A stretch of DNA of 64,000 nucleotides from Treponema sp. (GTDB lineage: Bacteria; Spirochaetota; Spirochaetia; Treponematales; Breznakiellaceae), in the NCBI GenBank assembly GCA_031256445.1, contig JAIRQN010000107.1, forward strand, positions 10,401 through 74,400, given 5' to 3'. The notes beneath the pieces were generated by a model. That model did no database searches, was not told where the DNA came from, and was given only the letters and a program-made list of their open reading frames with translations. Numbering within the stretch: position 1 is the stretch's first letter; the number at the start of each line of letters is the position of its first letter. Positions 1 through 9,561 of the stretch are shown here, one piece after another. A program made the translations under genes and the position numbers.

Positions 1-860
1 GCGCGGGTCAGCACGGCGTTGCGGCCGCCACCGCCGCCGCTTTGCTTGATTTGGAATGTGATGTATTCATGGGTAAGGAAGACACCGAACGCCAGGCGCT
101 CAATGTTTATCGCATGCGACTGCTCGGCGCGAAGGTTCACCCTGTCATCTCGGGTACTATGACGCTTAAAGACGCGGTGAACGAAACAATGAGGGAGTGG
201 ACAAAGAGAGTTTGCGATACGCATTACGTGCTAGGCTCTGTAATGGGGCCACATCCGTTTCCCACGATGATTAGGGATTTTCAGAGCGTTATCGGAAAAG
301 AAATCCGCGTGCAGTTACTTAACGCGGAAAACCGCCTGCCGGATGCTGTCGTTGCCTGCGTAGGCGGAGGATCAAACGCTATCGGCGCATTTTATGATTT
401 TATCGAAGATAAAAATGTGCGTCTAATCGGCTGTGAGGCCGCCGGCAAAGGACTTGATACCGGCAAGCACGCCGCAACAATAGCGCGCGGTTCTGTCGGT
501 GTTTTTCACGGAATGAAATCGCTCTTCTGTCAGGATGAGTTCGGACAAATCGCTCCCGTTTATTCCATATCCGCAGGGCTTGATTATCCGGGAATAGGGC
601 CGGAACACGCGTGGCTTTACAAATCAAGGCGCGCTGAATATGTCCCTGTTACCGACGATGAAGCGGTGGACGCTTTTGAGCTTTTATCGCGCACTGAAGG
701 AATCATCCCTGCAATCGAATCCGCTCACGCGGTATCACATGCGTTACGCTTGGCGAAAGAGTTAGGTGAAGGTAAAATCATTGTTATCTGTCTTTCAGGC
801 CGCGGCGATAAAGATGTCGCGGCAATCGCAAGATATAGAGGTGAGAAAATCAATGAATAA
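1..860 (+). CDS. trpB: Tryptophan synthase beta chain, C-terminal part (5' end lies upstream of the window)
   Basis: Frame 3 is open from base 3 to TAA at 858-860. The translation [24 protein letters not shown], the GGGSNAIG loop and [13 protein letters not shown] are TrpB hallmarks. Confidence 0.95.
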   Translation, partial: AGQHGVAAATAAALLDLECDVFMGKEDTERQALNVYRMRLLGAKVHPVISGTMTLKDAVNETMREWTKRVCDTHYVLGSVMGPHPFPTMIRDFQSVIGKEIRVQLLNAENRLPDAVVACVGGGSNAIGAFYDFIEDKNVRLIGCEAAGKGLDTGKHAATIARGSVGVFHGMKSLFCQDEFGQIAPVYSISAGLDYPGIGPEHAWLYKSRRAEYVPVTDDEAVDAFELLSRTEGIIPAIESAHAVSHALRLAKELGEGKIIVICLSGRGDKDVAAIARYRGEKINE

Positions 861-1635
861 AATTATAAACGCTTTTGCGAATAACAACACACAGCCAAAA
901 AAGAGCGCGTTCATTGCTTACTTTATGGCAGGCGATCCAAACCTTTCGGTATCAGCTGAGTACATTTTGACTGCGCAGGAAGCCGGAGCGGATATGGTTG
1001 AGATCGGCATACCCTTTTCTGATCCTATTGCAGAAGGAGAAGTGATACAAGCGGCCAGTATACGCGCTCTTGCTGCCGGAACGAGACTTGACGGCGTTTT
1101 TGATATGGTATCGTCAATTAAGGACAGAATGAGAATCCCAATGGTATTCATGACATACCTCAATCCGGTGTTTGTATACGGTTATGACCGTTTCTTCGCC
1201 AAATGCAGAGAAATCGGCATTTGCGGAATAATCATCCCTGATCTTCCTTTTGAAGAACAGAGTGAAGTTAAAAAAATCGCATCACAATACAATGTAGAAG
1301 TAGTTACTCTCGTCGCGCCCACCTCCGAAAAACGCGTTGCTGAAATTGCGCATAACGCCGAAGGGTTTATCTATCTTGTGTCTTCCATGGGTGTTACAGG
1401 AGTACGCGGTGAAATCACGACAGACCTGTCTTCGATTATAACTGAAATCAGAAAGCACACAAATATTCCTGTAGCTGTCGGATTTGGCATTTCAACGACC
1501 GGGCAGGTGAAACAATATTCCGCTATTGCCGACGGGGTCATAGTAGGCAGTGCAATCGTCCGCATCATCGGACAGCATGGAACTAAAGCGAAGCGGGAAG
1601 TATATGAGTATATTAGGTCGCTTGTGAGGAACTAA
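853..1635 (+). CDS. trpA: Tryptophan synthase alpha chain
   Basis: ATG at 853 (MNKIINAF) overlaps the trpB stop (ATGAATAA). The ORF-track start at 766 lies inside trpB. Motifs [13 protein letters not shown] and AVGFGIS are present. Confidence 0.93.
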   Translation: MNKIINAFANNNTQPKKSAFIAYFMAGDPNLSVSAEYILTAQEAGADMVEIGIPFSDPIAEGEVIQAASIRALAAGTRLDGVFDMVSSIKDRMRIPMVFMTYLNPVFVYGYDRFFAKCREIGICGIIIPDLPFEEQSEVKKIASQYNVEVVTLVAPTSEKRVAEIAHNAEGFIYLVSSMGVTGVRGEITTDLSSIITEIRKHTNIPVAVGFGISTTGQVKQYSAIADGVIVGSAIVRIIGQHGTKAKREVYEYIRSLVRN

Positions 1636-1668
1636 GACCAGAAATCGCTTCCGCTTTTAATAATTTCC

Positions 1669-1741
1669 AGCCAAGACGGGGAATCGAACCCCGGACCTGC
1701 ACATTACGAGTGTGCCGCTCTGCCAACTGAGCCATCTTGGC
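1669..1741 (-). tRNA. tRNA-Thr (anticodon CGU)
   Basis: 73-nt cloverleaf on the minus strand. Acceptor GCCAAGA/TCTTGGC, D-arm GCTC-AGTTGGCA-GAGC, anticodon stem GCACA/TGTGC with loop CTCGTAA, T-arm CGGGG-TTCGATT-CCCCG. No CCA is encoded. Confidence 0.9.
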
Positions 1742-1859
1742 GAATTATATGCACCGCAAAACGGTATATTTTATTCAGTATACCAGTTATTATACCTGCG
1801 ATTCAAGCGAGCAAAACAGGGTTAACAGTTAATGATGATTTTATACAGCTTTGTGTTCA

Positions 1860-3230
1860 TTATGAAATATGCTGGAAAATCAATTCAACAGCGCCTGTTG
1901 GTCTGATACGAAGCGGTGTTACAGTTCCCGCTCCAAAAACTGATTCGATGCAGGAGCGGTATTCGTCCATGGCGCCGATTGGAATATACGCCTGGATTGT
2001 GCCGGCAAAACCGCCGCCGTGAACCCTGCAAGAGCCTGTTAATGACTGCCTGTTCAAGAAATTTTTAGTAAGAGCAAGCGCGGTTGTGATGCCCTGGCTT
2101 GCGGGATTTTTTGTTGAATACACATTCTGCAAAAGATTCCATGACGAGGCTCCGGACTCATTAACCAATTTCAGGTAACAGTAAAACAATTTTTTCTTTT
2201 CGGCTTCTGAGTCCGCGCTGTCCATTTTAAGCATATGCTCAGCCATCGCGTCTACCCGCCTGTTTTCGTCAAAGAAGTGAAGAGCGCGAAGCAAAGCCCT
2301 GTCACCCAGGGCATTACGCGCTTCGGCGGCGCGGGAGAGGACAGTTTCTTTATCAAGTTCCCTGAGAACGGATTTGCCGAAAAACGCGGCGACTGCTTTC
2401 ATTTCTGACGGTATAGCCGCGTAATCGGGGGTTAAATCCGCATGGCTGCCGCCTGTATTCACAACGCACAGGGCGTAGCCCGCGGCGGAAGGATCGAAAT
2501 TTATTTGCTTAATTACCGGACATGTATCTGCAAAGTCAATGGCTACCGCGCCTCCTGTGGAACATGCTGTTTGATCCATCAGTCCGCATGGTTTTCCAAA
2601 ATACGCGTTTTCGGCATATTGTCCTATCTGCGCGATTTCCAGCGGGCTGTGTTTCCCGCCCCCGTATAATGAATCAAAGACGCGTCCCATTAATACTTCC
2701 ACCGCCGCCGATGATGAAAGACCCGAACCCGGAAGCACTGCGGACTCTGCGTTAGCTGAAAATCCATTTACCCTGCAGCCTCGGCTGTTTAATTCCGCGG
2801 CTATTCCCCGCACAAGCGCTTCTGTTGTTCCGGCTTCTCCGGGCTTTGGCTGAAGATCAGGTTCTCCGCGTGAATCTGTCAGTTTTACTTTTACATCGGG
2901 GAAGCCTGTGGAACGAAAGAAGACAATGTTATCGCTTCGCTCCTGTACAACCGCGGCGCAGTCCATTTGAATGGACGCCGCCAATACTTTGCCTCTGTTA
3001 TGATCTGTATGGTTGCCTGCCAGCTCAGTCCGTCCCGGAGCTGTGAATACGCGCAAACCGCCTTTTGTATTTGAAATTTCCTCTGAAGGGAAATTTCCGC
3101 TTAAAAGTTCTTCTGCTAATCTTGAATAACGCAGGCGCGCGGCCTCAATCCGGCTCTCTCCGTAGAGTCTGCCAAACAGCTCCTGCGCGCGTTTTGAATT
3201 GAATATTTCCTGATAATTGTTTTTTTTCAT
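1860..3230 (-). CDS. galK: Galactokinase (GHMP kinase family)
   Basis: Galactokinase signature GRTELAGNHTDHNRGKVL and GHMP ATP-binding motif PGSGLSSSAA. The start ATG overlaps the upstream pgsA stop (ATGA). Confidence 0.85.
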   Translation of the reverse strand: MKKNNYQEIFNSKRAQELFGRLYGESRIEAARLRYSRLAEELLSGNFPSEEISNTKGGLRVFTAPGRTELAGNHTDHNRGKVLAASIQMDCAAVVQERSDNIVFFRSTGFPDVKVKLTDSRGEPDLQPKPGEAGTTEALVRGIAAELNSRGCRVNGFSANAESAVLPGSGLSSSAAVEVLMGRVFDSLYGGGKHSPLEIAQIGQYAENAYFGKPCGLMDQTACSTGGAVAIDFADTCPVIKQINFDPSAAGYALCVVNTGGSHADLTPDYAAIPSEMKAVAAFFGKSVLRELDKETVLSRAAEARNALGDRALLRALHFFDENRRVDAMAEHMLKMDSADSEAEKKKLFYCYLKLVNESGASSWNLLQNVYSTKNPASQGITTALALTKNFLNRQSLTGSCRVHGGGFAGTIQAYIPIGAMDEYRSCIESVFGAGTVTPLRIRPTGAVELIFQHIS

Positions 3231-3826
3231 GATTTATTTTCTTCTGATGCTTTCCTGTAAATTGAAAAATATTCAAAGAAGGATAAAATCGAAAAAATAA
3301 TGGAGATTATAAAGATAACGACTGCGCCAAATTTAAAATATGGGAACAGGAAAGTAAAAATATCAAGGCGCTGAATACTGACTGTCAGCAAAGCGGCTCC
3401 TCCGGCGATAATATAAATAACGGTTTTAATTTTTCCGCCCAGACGCGCTCCCAATGTGATGCCTTTCCTTTGCATAAGATTTCGGATAAAAAGTATGCCG
3501 AACTCACGGTAAATAACGAGTAAAAGAAGAAAAGCGGGAAAAATTCCGTCAATTACAAAACAGAAAAAACATGTAATCTGCATTAACGTATCGGCAAAAG
3601 GATCAAATAATTTGCCGTAATCGCTTGATTCATTGTATTTGCGGGCGGCCAGACCATCCAGCAGGTCTGTCACCTCTGATATAATAAAAATTAACCAGAG
3701 CACCGGTATAGTCCATTTTACAGCGTAACCGGGTAATGAAGAGAAAGTGACCGGTAATAAATAGACTATAAAAAACACAGGAGCAAGAATAATCCGTGAA
3801 AGGGTCAATTTATTGGCGAGGGTCAT
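3227..3826 (-). CDS. pgsA: CDP-alcohol phosphatidyltransferase (phosphatidylglycerophosphate synthase-like)
   Basis: Multi-TM protein carrying the CDP-alcohol transferase motif DLLDGLAARKYNESSDYGKLFDPFADTL (D-G-x2-A-R...G-x3-D-x3-D). Confidence 0.8.
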   Translation of the reverse strand: MTLANKLTLSRIILAPVFFIVYLLPVTFSSLPGYAVKWTIPVLWLIFIISEVTDLLDGLAARKYNESSDYGKLFDPFADTLMQITCFFCFVIDGIFPAFLLLLVIYREFGILFIRNLMQRKGITLGARLGGKIKTVIYIIAGGAALLTVSIQRLDIFTFLFPYFKFGAVVIFIISIIFSILSFFEYFSIYRKASEENKS

Positions 3827-3918
3827 TCTTTATATTGGCTTTAATGAATAAATGTGTCAATCAGAAAAATGAAATACAGAGCTGGATTAGGCTGTTTTAA
3901 TGGCATATAATAATTTTT

Positions 3919-4497
3919 ATGGATGAAAGACGGCTTATTTGGAATGAAGAAGAACGTAAAAAGGTTTTTGATTGCAGGGTTTTTACGATATGGGAGTCTT
4001 ACTGCAAGTCCCCTGTGTTTCAATCTGACAGGAATGAGCCGAATATTTTTACTGTTATTGACGCCAATGACTGGGTAATTGTTGTGCCTGTGATTAATGA
4101 TTCAAAGGGGAAGCAATTTATTATGGTATGGCAATGGCGGCATGGTTCCAGGAGCCTCAGTCTGGAATTTCCGGGCGGCGTTTTGGAAAATGGAGAAAAC
4201 CCGGTAGATGCCGCCGTCAGGGAATTACGTGAAGAAACCGGTTATGTTCCTGAAAAGATCAGGAAAATCGGAGAATTTTCTCCCAATCCGGCAATTATGT
4301 CAAATAAAGTCCATTTTTTTCTTGCCGAGAATTTAGTTTCAACGGGCAGACAGGAATTAGACGACGATGAATATGTAGAAGTTGTTTTTATTGAAGAGCG
4401 GAATGTAATTGACGGCATGGGAAAACCGCCGTACATTCACGCCCTTATGGGTACCGCTCTGGCTCTTTATAATAAAAATTCTTTACCTGATTCTTAA
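3919..4497 (+). CDS. NUDIX hydrolase (ADP-ribose pyrophosphatase-like)
   Basis: Nudix box GGVLENGENPVDAAVRELREETGY. Confidence 0.85.
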   Translation: MDERRLIWNEEERKKVFDCRVFTIWESYCKSPVFQSDRNEPNIFTVIDANDWVIVVPVINDSKGKQFIMVWQWRHGSRSLSLEFPGGVLENGENPVDAAVRELREETGYVPEKIRKIGEFSPNPAIMSNKVHFFLAENLVSTGRQELDDDEYVEVVFIEERNVIDGMGKPPYIHALMGTALALYNKNSLPDS

Positions 4498-5261
4498 TAA
4501 GTCTTTTTTGGATCCCACATCCCTTCTCTGATTTCTCCCCTTATACTTGGGATATCAAGAACTATTCCAGGTTCAATCCAGTTAGGGTTATTCGGATCCG
4601 GCAGTTTGGACTTATTTGCTTCAAAAAGCTCCGTCCATCTTCTTGGTTCCCCGTAAACGCCTGGGTAACCCGCAATATTCCAAAGACAGTCTTTACTGGA
4701 GCCCCACGATCTGACAGTGAATTTTCCCGGTAAAATTTGTAAAGGTTTGCCTGCCTGAAGCGCCGCCAATATTTGTATTGCTCTTTTTGACGCTTCAATT
4801 GAATCATTCAGTTCTTCATTTGACTGCGCTTTCAGGCTTATATCGTAATATTCCCTGCCTTTTGCGTAATCATTTGGATATTTGTTTTTGATATTATTGG
4901 AATCGGCCCAGTTAATAAGCCGTTTTACTTCGGCAAGCAGTTGATCTACGATGTACTCATCAGAAAGTATGGCATAATGGAGCGCTTCTTCTGCAAAACC
5001 CGATGAAGCGTCGTAATCGCCGAAATCAAATGTATCCTGAGCAAGTTTTTTCAGGCGAATGCTTTCAAGATAGAATTCATTATTAAGCAAACCCTGCGGT
5101 ATCCCGGCTCCCGGTTCGTTATCGTTGGTTTCAATTGCGGCGATGTAATTTAAATGGTTAAACGGCGGTATTATTAATTCAATGTCTGAGTCTTGTTGTG
5201 CAAAAACAGGAATTGCCAATAATAATGATATCAGTAATATAAAGACTGGCTTTTGGTTCAT
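4494..5261 (-). CDS. Secreted protein with C-terminal LysM-like domain
   Basis: N-terminal signal peptide MNQKPVFILLISLLLAIPVFAQQ. C-terminal LysM-like segment FTVRSWGSSKDCLWNIAGYPGVYGEPRRWTELFEANKSKL...IEPGIVLDIP. Confidence 0.6.
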   Translation of the reverse strand: MNQKPVFILLISLLLAIPVFAQQDSDIELIIPPFNHLNYIAAIETNDNEPGAGIPQGLLNNEFYLESIRLKKLAQDTFDFGDYDASSGFAEEALHYAILSDEYIVDQLLAEVKRLINWADSNNIKNKYPNDYAKGREYYDISLKAQSNEELNDSIEASKRAIQILAALQAGKPLQILPGKFTVRSWGSSKDCLWNIAGYPGVYGEPRRWTELFEANKSKLPDPNNPNWIEPGIVLDIPSIRGEIREGMWDPKKTY

Positions 5262-6307
5262 TTTGAACCTCCTTTTAATATTTTTCCAGCCTCAATGGCT
5301 GTTCCAACGCTTTCTTCAATTTTTTCGGTGGTTAATCTTAACCATTCGGCTGCTCTTTCCCGTTTTTCATCTGTTTCTTTTTCAGCGACCGAGAAAAGCG
5401 TTTCGGCGTCTATATAAAAAAGCGCCGCGTCTTCATACAATTCTGTACTCAGGCATTCTTCTGCCTGGGTAAACGTGTTGTCCGCTTTCCGGAAGGAGTC
5501 GCGGACGGCTACATTTACCTTTTTTTTCAGAGCTTGTTCTCTTGCGGCTGTCGCGGATACCCTTCGATCGACAGCATAAATAGGCCAGCCATTCTTTAAT
5601 ATTAAACCGTACCGGAGCAGGGCCTCCTCGGCGCTTTCTTTTGTCGCTTTTTTATCTTCGGTATCATAATAATCCAATGCGGCGTCTGCTATTTCGTCCG
5701 CTGTATCAAAATTTTCCGGATCGTATTGAATAAAACCGCGATCTACTATCTCCTGACGCATTATATATACCGTAGCGCCCAGTTGTAAAAGCTCATATTC
5801 ACTTAAAGCCTCAGCGGCTGTTTCTCTTGACGTGTAATAGTCCCCGGCTTCGTATTGATCCAGCGCTTTAAGGGCTATTTCATCCGCTTTTTGCAAATAT
5901 TCAGGGAAATCTGCAGCAAGCCCTGTTGCGATTAGATTATCTCTTGCAGATATTATTTCATCTTCTCTTGCCTGCGCATAAAGAGGGATTGTTTTATTAA
6001 AAAGTTCTTCATAAATACCCGCAAGATCGCTTTGCGCGGTTTCAACTTTCTGTATTTCGTCATTTGTTGATTTTGCCATTTCGCCGGTTTCTTTATATGT
6101 AGTTTCGGCAGCCTCCCAATCGCTTGGGAAATATGACGGACTTTCGAAATCTATTGCCAATTTACGGACTTCTTCCAAACGCCCGGAAGGCGTTGATGAC
6201 GGTTCAACTGTCTGTGTTGATTCTACAGCTTGGGCATCAACTCTGGAAACACTGACCAGCGTAACCATCACCGACAATAAAATTACAATCAGGACATTTT
6301 TATTCAT
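5258..6307 (-). CDS. Secreted helical-repeat protein of unknown function
   Basis: Likely start is ATG at 6307 (MNKNVLIVILL) preceded by GAGGAG, with a signal peptide ending VDAQA. Repeated acidic segments of the form A..AL..Y..GDY / A.EAL..Y. The stop overlaps the start of the LysM gene. Confidence 0.55.
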   Translation of the reverse strand: MNKNVLIVILLSVMVTLVSVSRVDAQAVESTQTVEPSSTPSGRLEEVRKLAIDFESPSYFPSDWEAAETTYKETGEMAKSTNDEIQKVETAQSDLAGIYEELFNKTIPLYAQAREDEIISARDNLIATGLAADFPEYLQKADEIALKALDQYEAGDYYTSRETAAEALSEYELLQLGATVYIMRQEIVDRGFIQYDPENFDTADEIADAALDYYDTEDKKATKESAEEALLRYGLILKNGWPIYAVDRRVSATAAREQALKKKVNVAVRDSFRKADNTFTQAEECLSTELYEDAALFYIDAETLFSVAEKETDEKRERAAEWLRLTTEKIEESVGTAIEAGKILKGGSK

Positions 6308-6503
6308 TGACCACTCCTCTTGGAAACTGGTATTTCTCATTTACCAGTACAGTATAAAGGGATTTGGTTAGTTTAGCAAGGTTATTTTTTTCAATTGGGC
6401 AAGAGCTCATATTTTTTTCTTTTTTTGCCCGGATTTCCTTTAAAATTACGGCTCTTGCAAATAAATCCATAATCAGGTAATTATAATATTGGGGTATCTT
6501 TTT

Positions 6504-6746
6504 ATGGACGAAATAAAATTTGATATTGTTAAGCATTATGGGGTTATTTCATCTGAAAAAGGCAGTTGGAAGAAAGAGTTGAACTTAGTGTCCTGGAACG
6601 ATAGGGCTCCAAAACTTGATATTAGGGACTGGGCGCCCGGGCATGAAAAAATGGGTAAGGGTATTACTTTAACTGAAGGAGAAGCGGCGCAGCTTGCAGA
6701 ATTACTGGTTTTCGCGCTGGCTAAACCGGAGAAACCTGAAAATTAG
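6504..6746 (+). CDS. PC4/YdbC-family small ssDNA-binding protein
   Basis: KELNLVSWNDRAPKLDIRDWAPGHEKMGKGITLTEGEA closely matches my recollection of the Lactococcus YdbC (bacterial PC4-like) sequence. ATG at 6504 is preferred over the TTG at 6489. Confidence 0.65.
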   Translation: MDEIKFDIVKHYGVISSEKGSWKKELNLVSWNDRAPKLDIRDWAPGHEKMGKGITLTEGEAAQLAELLVFALAKPEKPEN

Positions 6747-6819
6747 AGTTCTATCCCTAAAAAAAATTGCTCTGTCCCTTATGCCCCTATTGCCGAAATT
6801 ATTATAATTTGGTACTTTA

Positions 6820-6848
6820 TTGGCAGGTATATTATTGATACCTGAAAT
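6820..6848 (+). promoter_or_regulatory. Candidate sigma70-type groEL promoter (TTGGCA-N17-TGAAAT) with an inverted repeat in the spacer
   Basis: TTGGCA at 6820-6825 and TGAAAT at 6843-6848. CAGGTAT-N7-ATACCTG at 6824-6844 lies within the spacer. No CIRCE (TTAGCACTC-N9-GAGTGCTAA) is present upstream of groEL. Confidence 0.3.
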
Positions 6849-6881
6849 CCATTAAAAAATGCCGGAAATTCCGGTAATTAA

Positions 6882-8543
<1,662 letters not shown>

Positions 8544-8571
8544 AAATCGCTTTGCGATTATTAGTTTAGGG

Positions 8572-8617
8572 GGCTGTCCGAGAAGTTGGTTACTTCACGG
8601 ACAGCCTTTGTTTTTTC
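8572..8617 (+). terminator. Rho-independent terminator of groEL
   Basis: GGCTGTCCG-A-GAAGT tggtt ACTTC-A-CGGACAGCC (14 bp in total) followed by TTTGTTTTTT. Confidence 0.7.
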
Positions 8618-8660
8618 TCTTATTTCTGCGAAATAATACGAAAAAACAGTAATTAATGAA

Positions 8661-8695
8661 GGTGTCCGAAGAAGTTTTCCAGCTTTTCGGACACC
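8661..8695. terminator. Second hairpin, related to the groEL terminator; possible terminator for the convergent minus-strand gene
   Basis: GGTGTCCGAA...TTCGGACACC, a 10-bp stem. It shares GTCCG..GAAGT with the hairpin at 8572. There is no tight T-run on either strand. Confidence 0.35.
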
Positions 8696-8772
8696 GCCCG
8701 GTCAAACTACATAGGCTTATACACAACAAGATTATTTGCAATGAATTTGTTTTACGTCTGTAAATTATCAGG

Positions 8773-9561
8773 TTAGCGCCCGCAGGAAATCCGCTGCATT
8801 TCAATCACCGCCGCCAGTTTTGCCTCTTCCCCGTCAGACATTTCCCCCGGAAGAATAACAGGCTGCTCCTGGGTTGGCGGCAGTAAGAAACCCGCATCAA
8901 GGAATTTATTAAAAAGCGTTTCCCATTCCTGCAGGGCAGGTTTCTTTTTTAAGGTGAGATAAATTCCGCTGCGCTGCCAGCGGCTGTTTCGCAGAGCTTT
9001 AATGACACGCGGCAGATTTGGCATTCCCCTTTCCGGAGAGGCAATGATGTCATAAATACCGCGCGCGGCCGCCGCGAGTACAATTGGCGAAAGAGTGTCG
9101 CCGGGCGGCAGCTTTAAATCCAGTCCGTTTTTAACAGCGGCAATAAATAAACCAAACGGAAGCCCGCCCCGCCAGTTTTGAATGCCGGGTATTACAGGAA
9201 CAAGAAGCGGCGTGTCATTAACGGCGAATGGGTCTGATGAATCGGTATAAGGCCGCCATAAATTTATATCTGCGCGTCCTGTAATCAATGCCAGTTCCGG
9301 CGGCGGCGCGGCGTAGAGGCGGAAGGAGTGGTTCGGGAAAAGGAGCGACAGGGCTTTTATTAAACGGTCTTCCGTAAAATGCGGGAAGGGGGCGTACAGA
9401 CCGCGGCTTGCCGCGTTCTTTAATTCGCGTAACAGATTTGCGGGAGTATGTCCGAGCACCGCCGCGCCGCCGTTTAGCCAGAGATCTGTTAAACGCTGAC
9501 CGCCTTTCGTGTATAGGCGGTAACCTCTTGCGCGCAGGACTGTCGGCAGCAGGCAGCTCAT
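8773..9561 (-). CDS. Degenerate class-III aminotransferase (HemL)-like protein, probably non-catalytic
   Basis: ARGYRLYTKGGQRLTDLWLNGGAAVLGHTPANL resembles the HemL N-terminus, and RGGLPFGLF resembles the GGGMPVGAF loop. The protein is only 262 aa, and the GK(PLP-Lys) position reads QNW. Its start abuts the pcrA/uvrD stop. Confidence 0.45.
   Translation of the reverse strand: MSCLLPTVLRARGYRLYTKGGQRLTDLWLNGGAAVLGHTPANLLRELKNAASRGLYAPFPHFTEDRLIKALSLLFPNHSFRLYAAPPPELALITGRADINLWRPYTDSSDPFAVNDTPLLVPVIPGIQNWRGGLPFGLFIAAVKNGLDLKLPPGDTLSPIVLAAAARGIYDIIASPERGMPNLPRVIKALRNSRWQRSGIYLTLKKKPALQEWETLFNKFLDAGFLLPPTQEQPVILPGEMSDGEEAKLAAVIEMQRISCGR

Noticed and set aside
766-852. Extended trpA start at 766 from the ORF track
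   Set aside because: It would overlap trpB by 95 nt in another frame. The ATG at 853, with the typical ATGAATAA stop/start overlap, gives a normal TrpA N-terminus.
1636-1859. tRNA-Thr as an integration site for a mobile element
   Set aside because: There is no integrase, no duplicated tRNA 3' end and no compositional break. The flanking genes (trpA, galK) are housekeeping.
6300-6536. 78-aa minus-strand ORF spanning the divergent intergenic region
   Set aside because: It overlaps the start of the secreted-protein gene and the ydbC-like gene. It is AT-rich with low-complexity translation and has no RBS.
8572-8695. CRISPR-like array from repeated hairpins
   Set aside because: There are only two related copies here with irregular spacing, no regular repeat-spacer periodicity and no cas genes.
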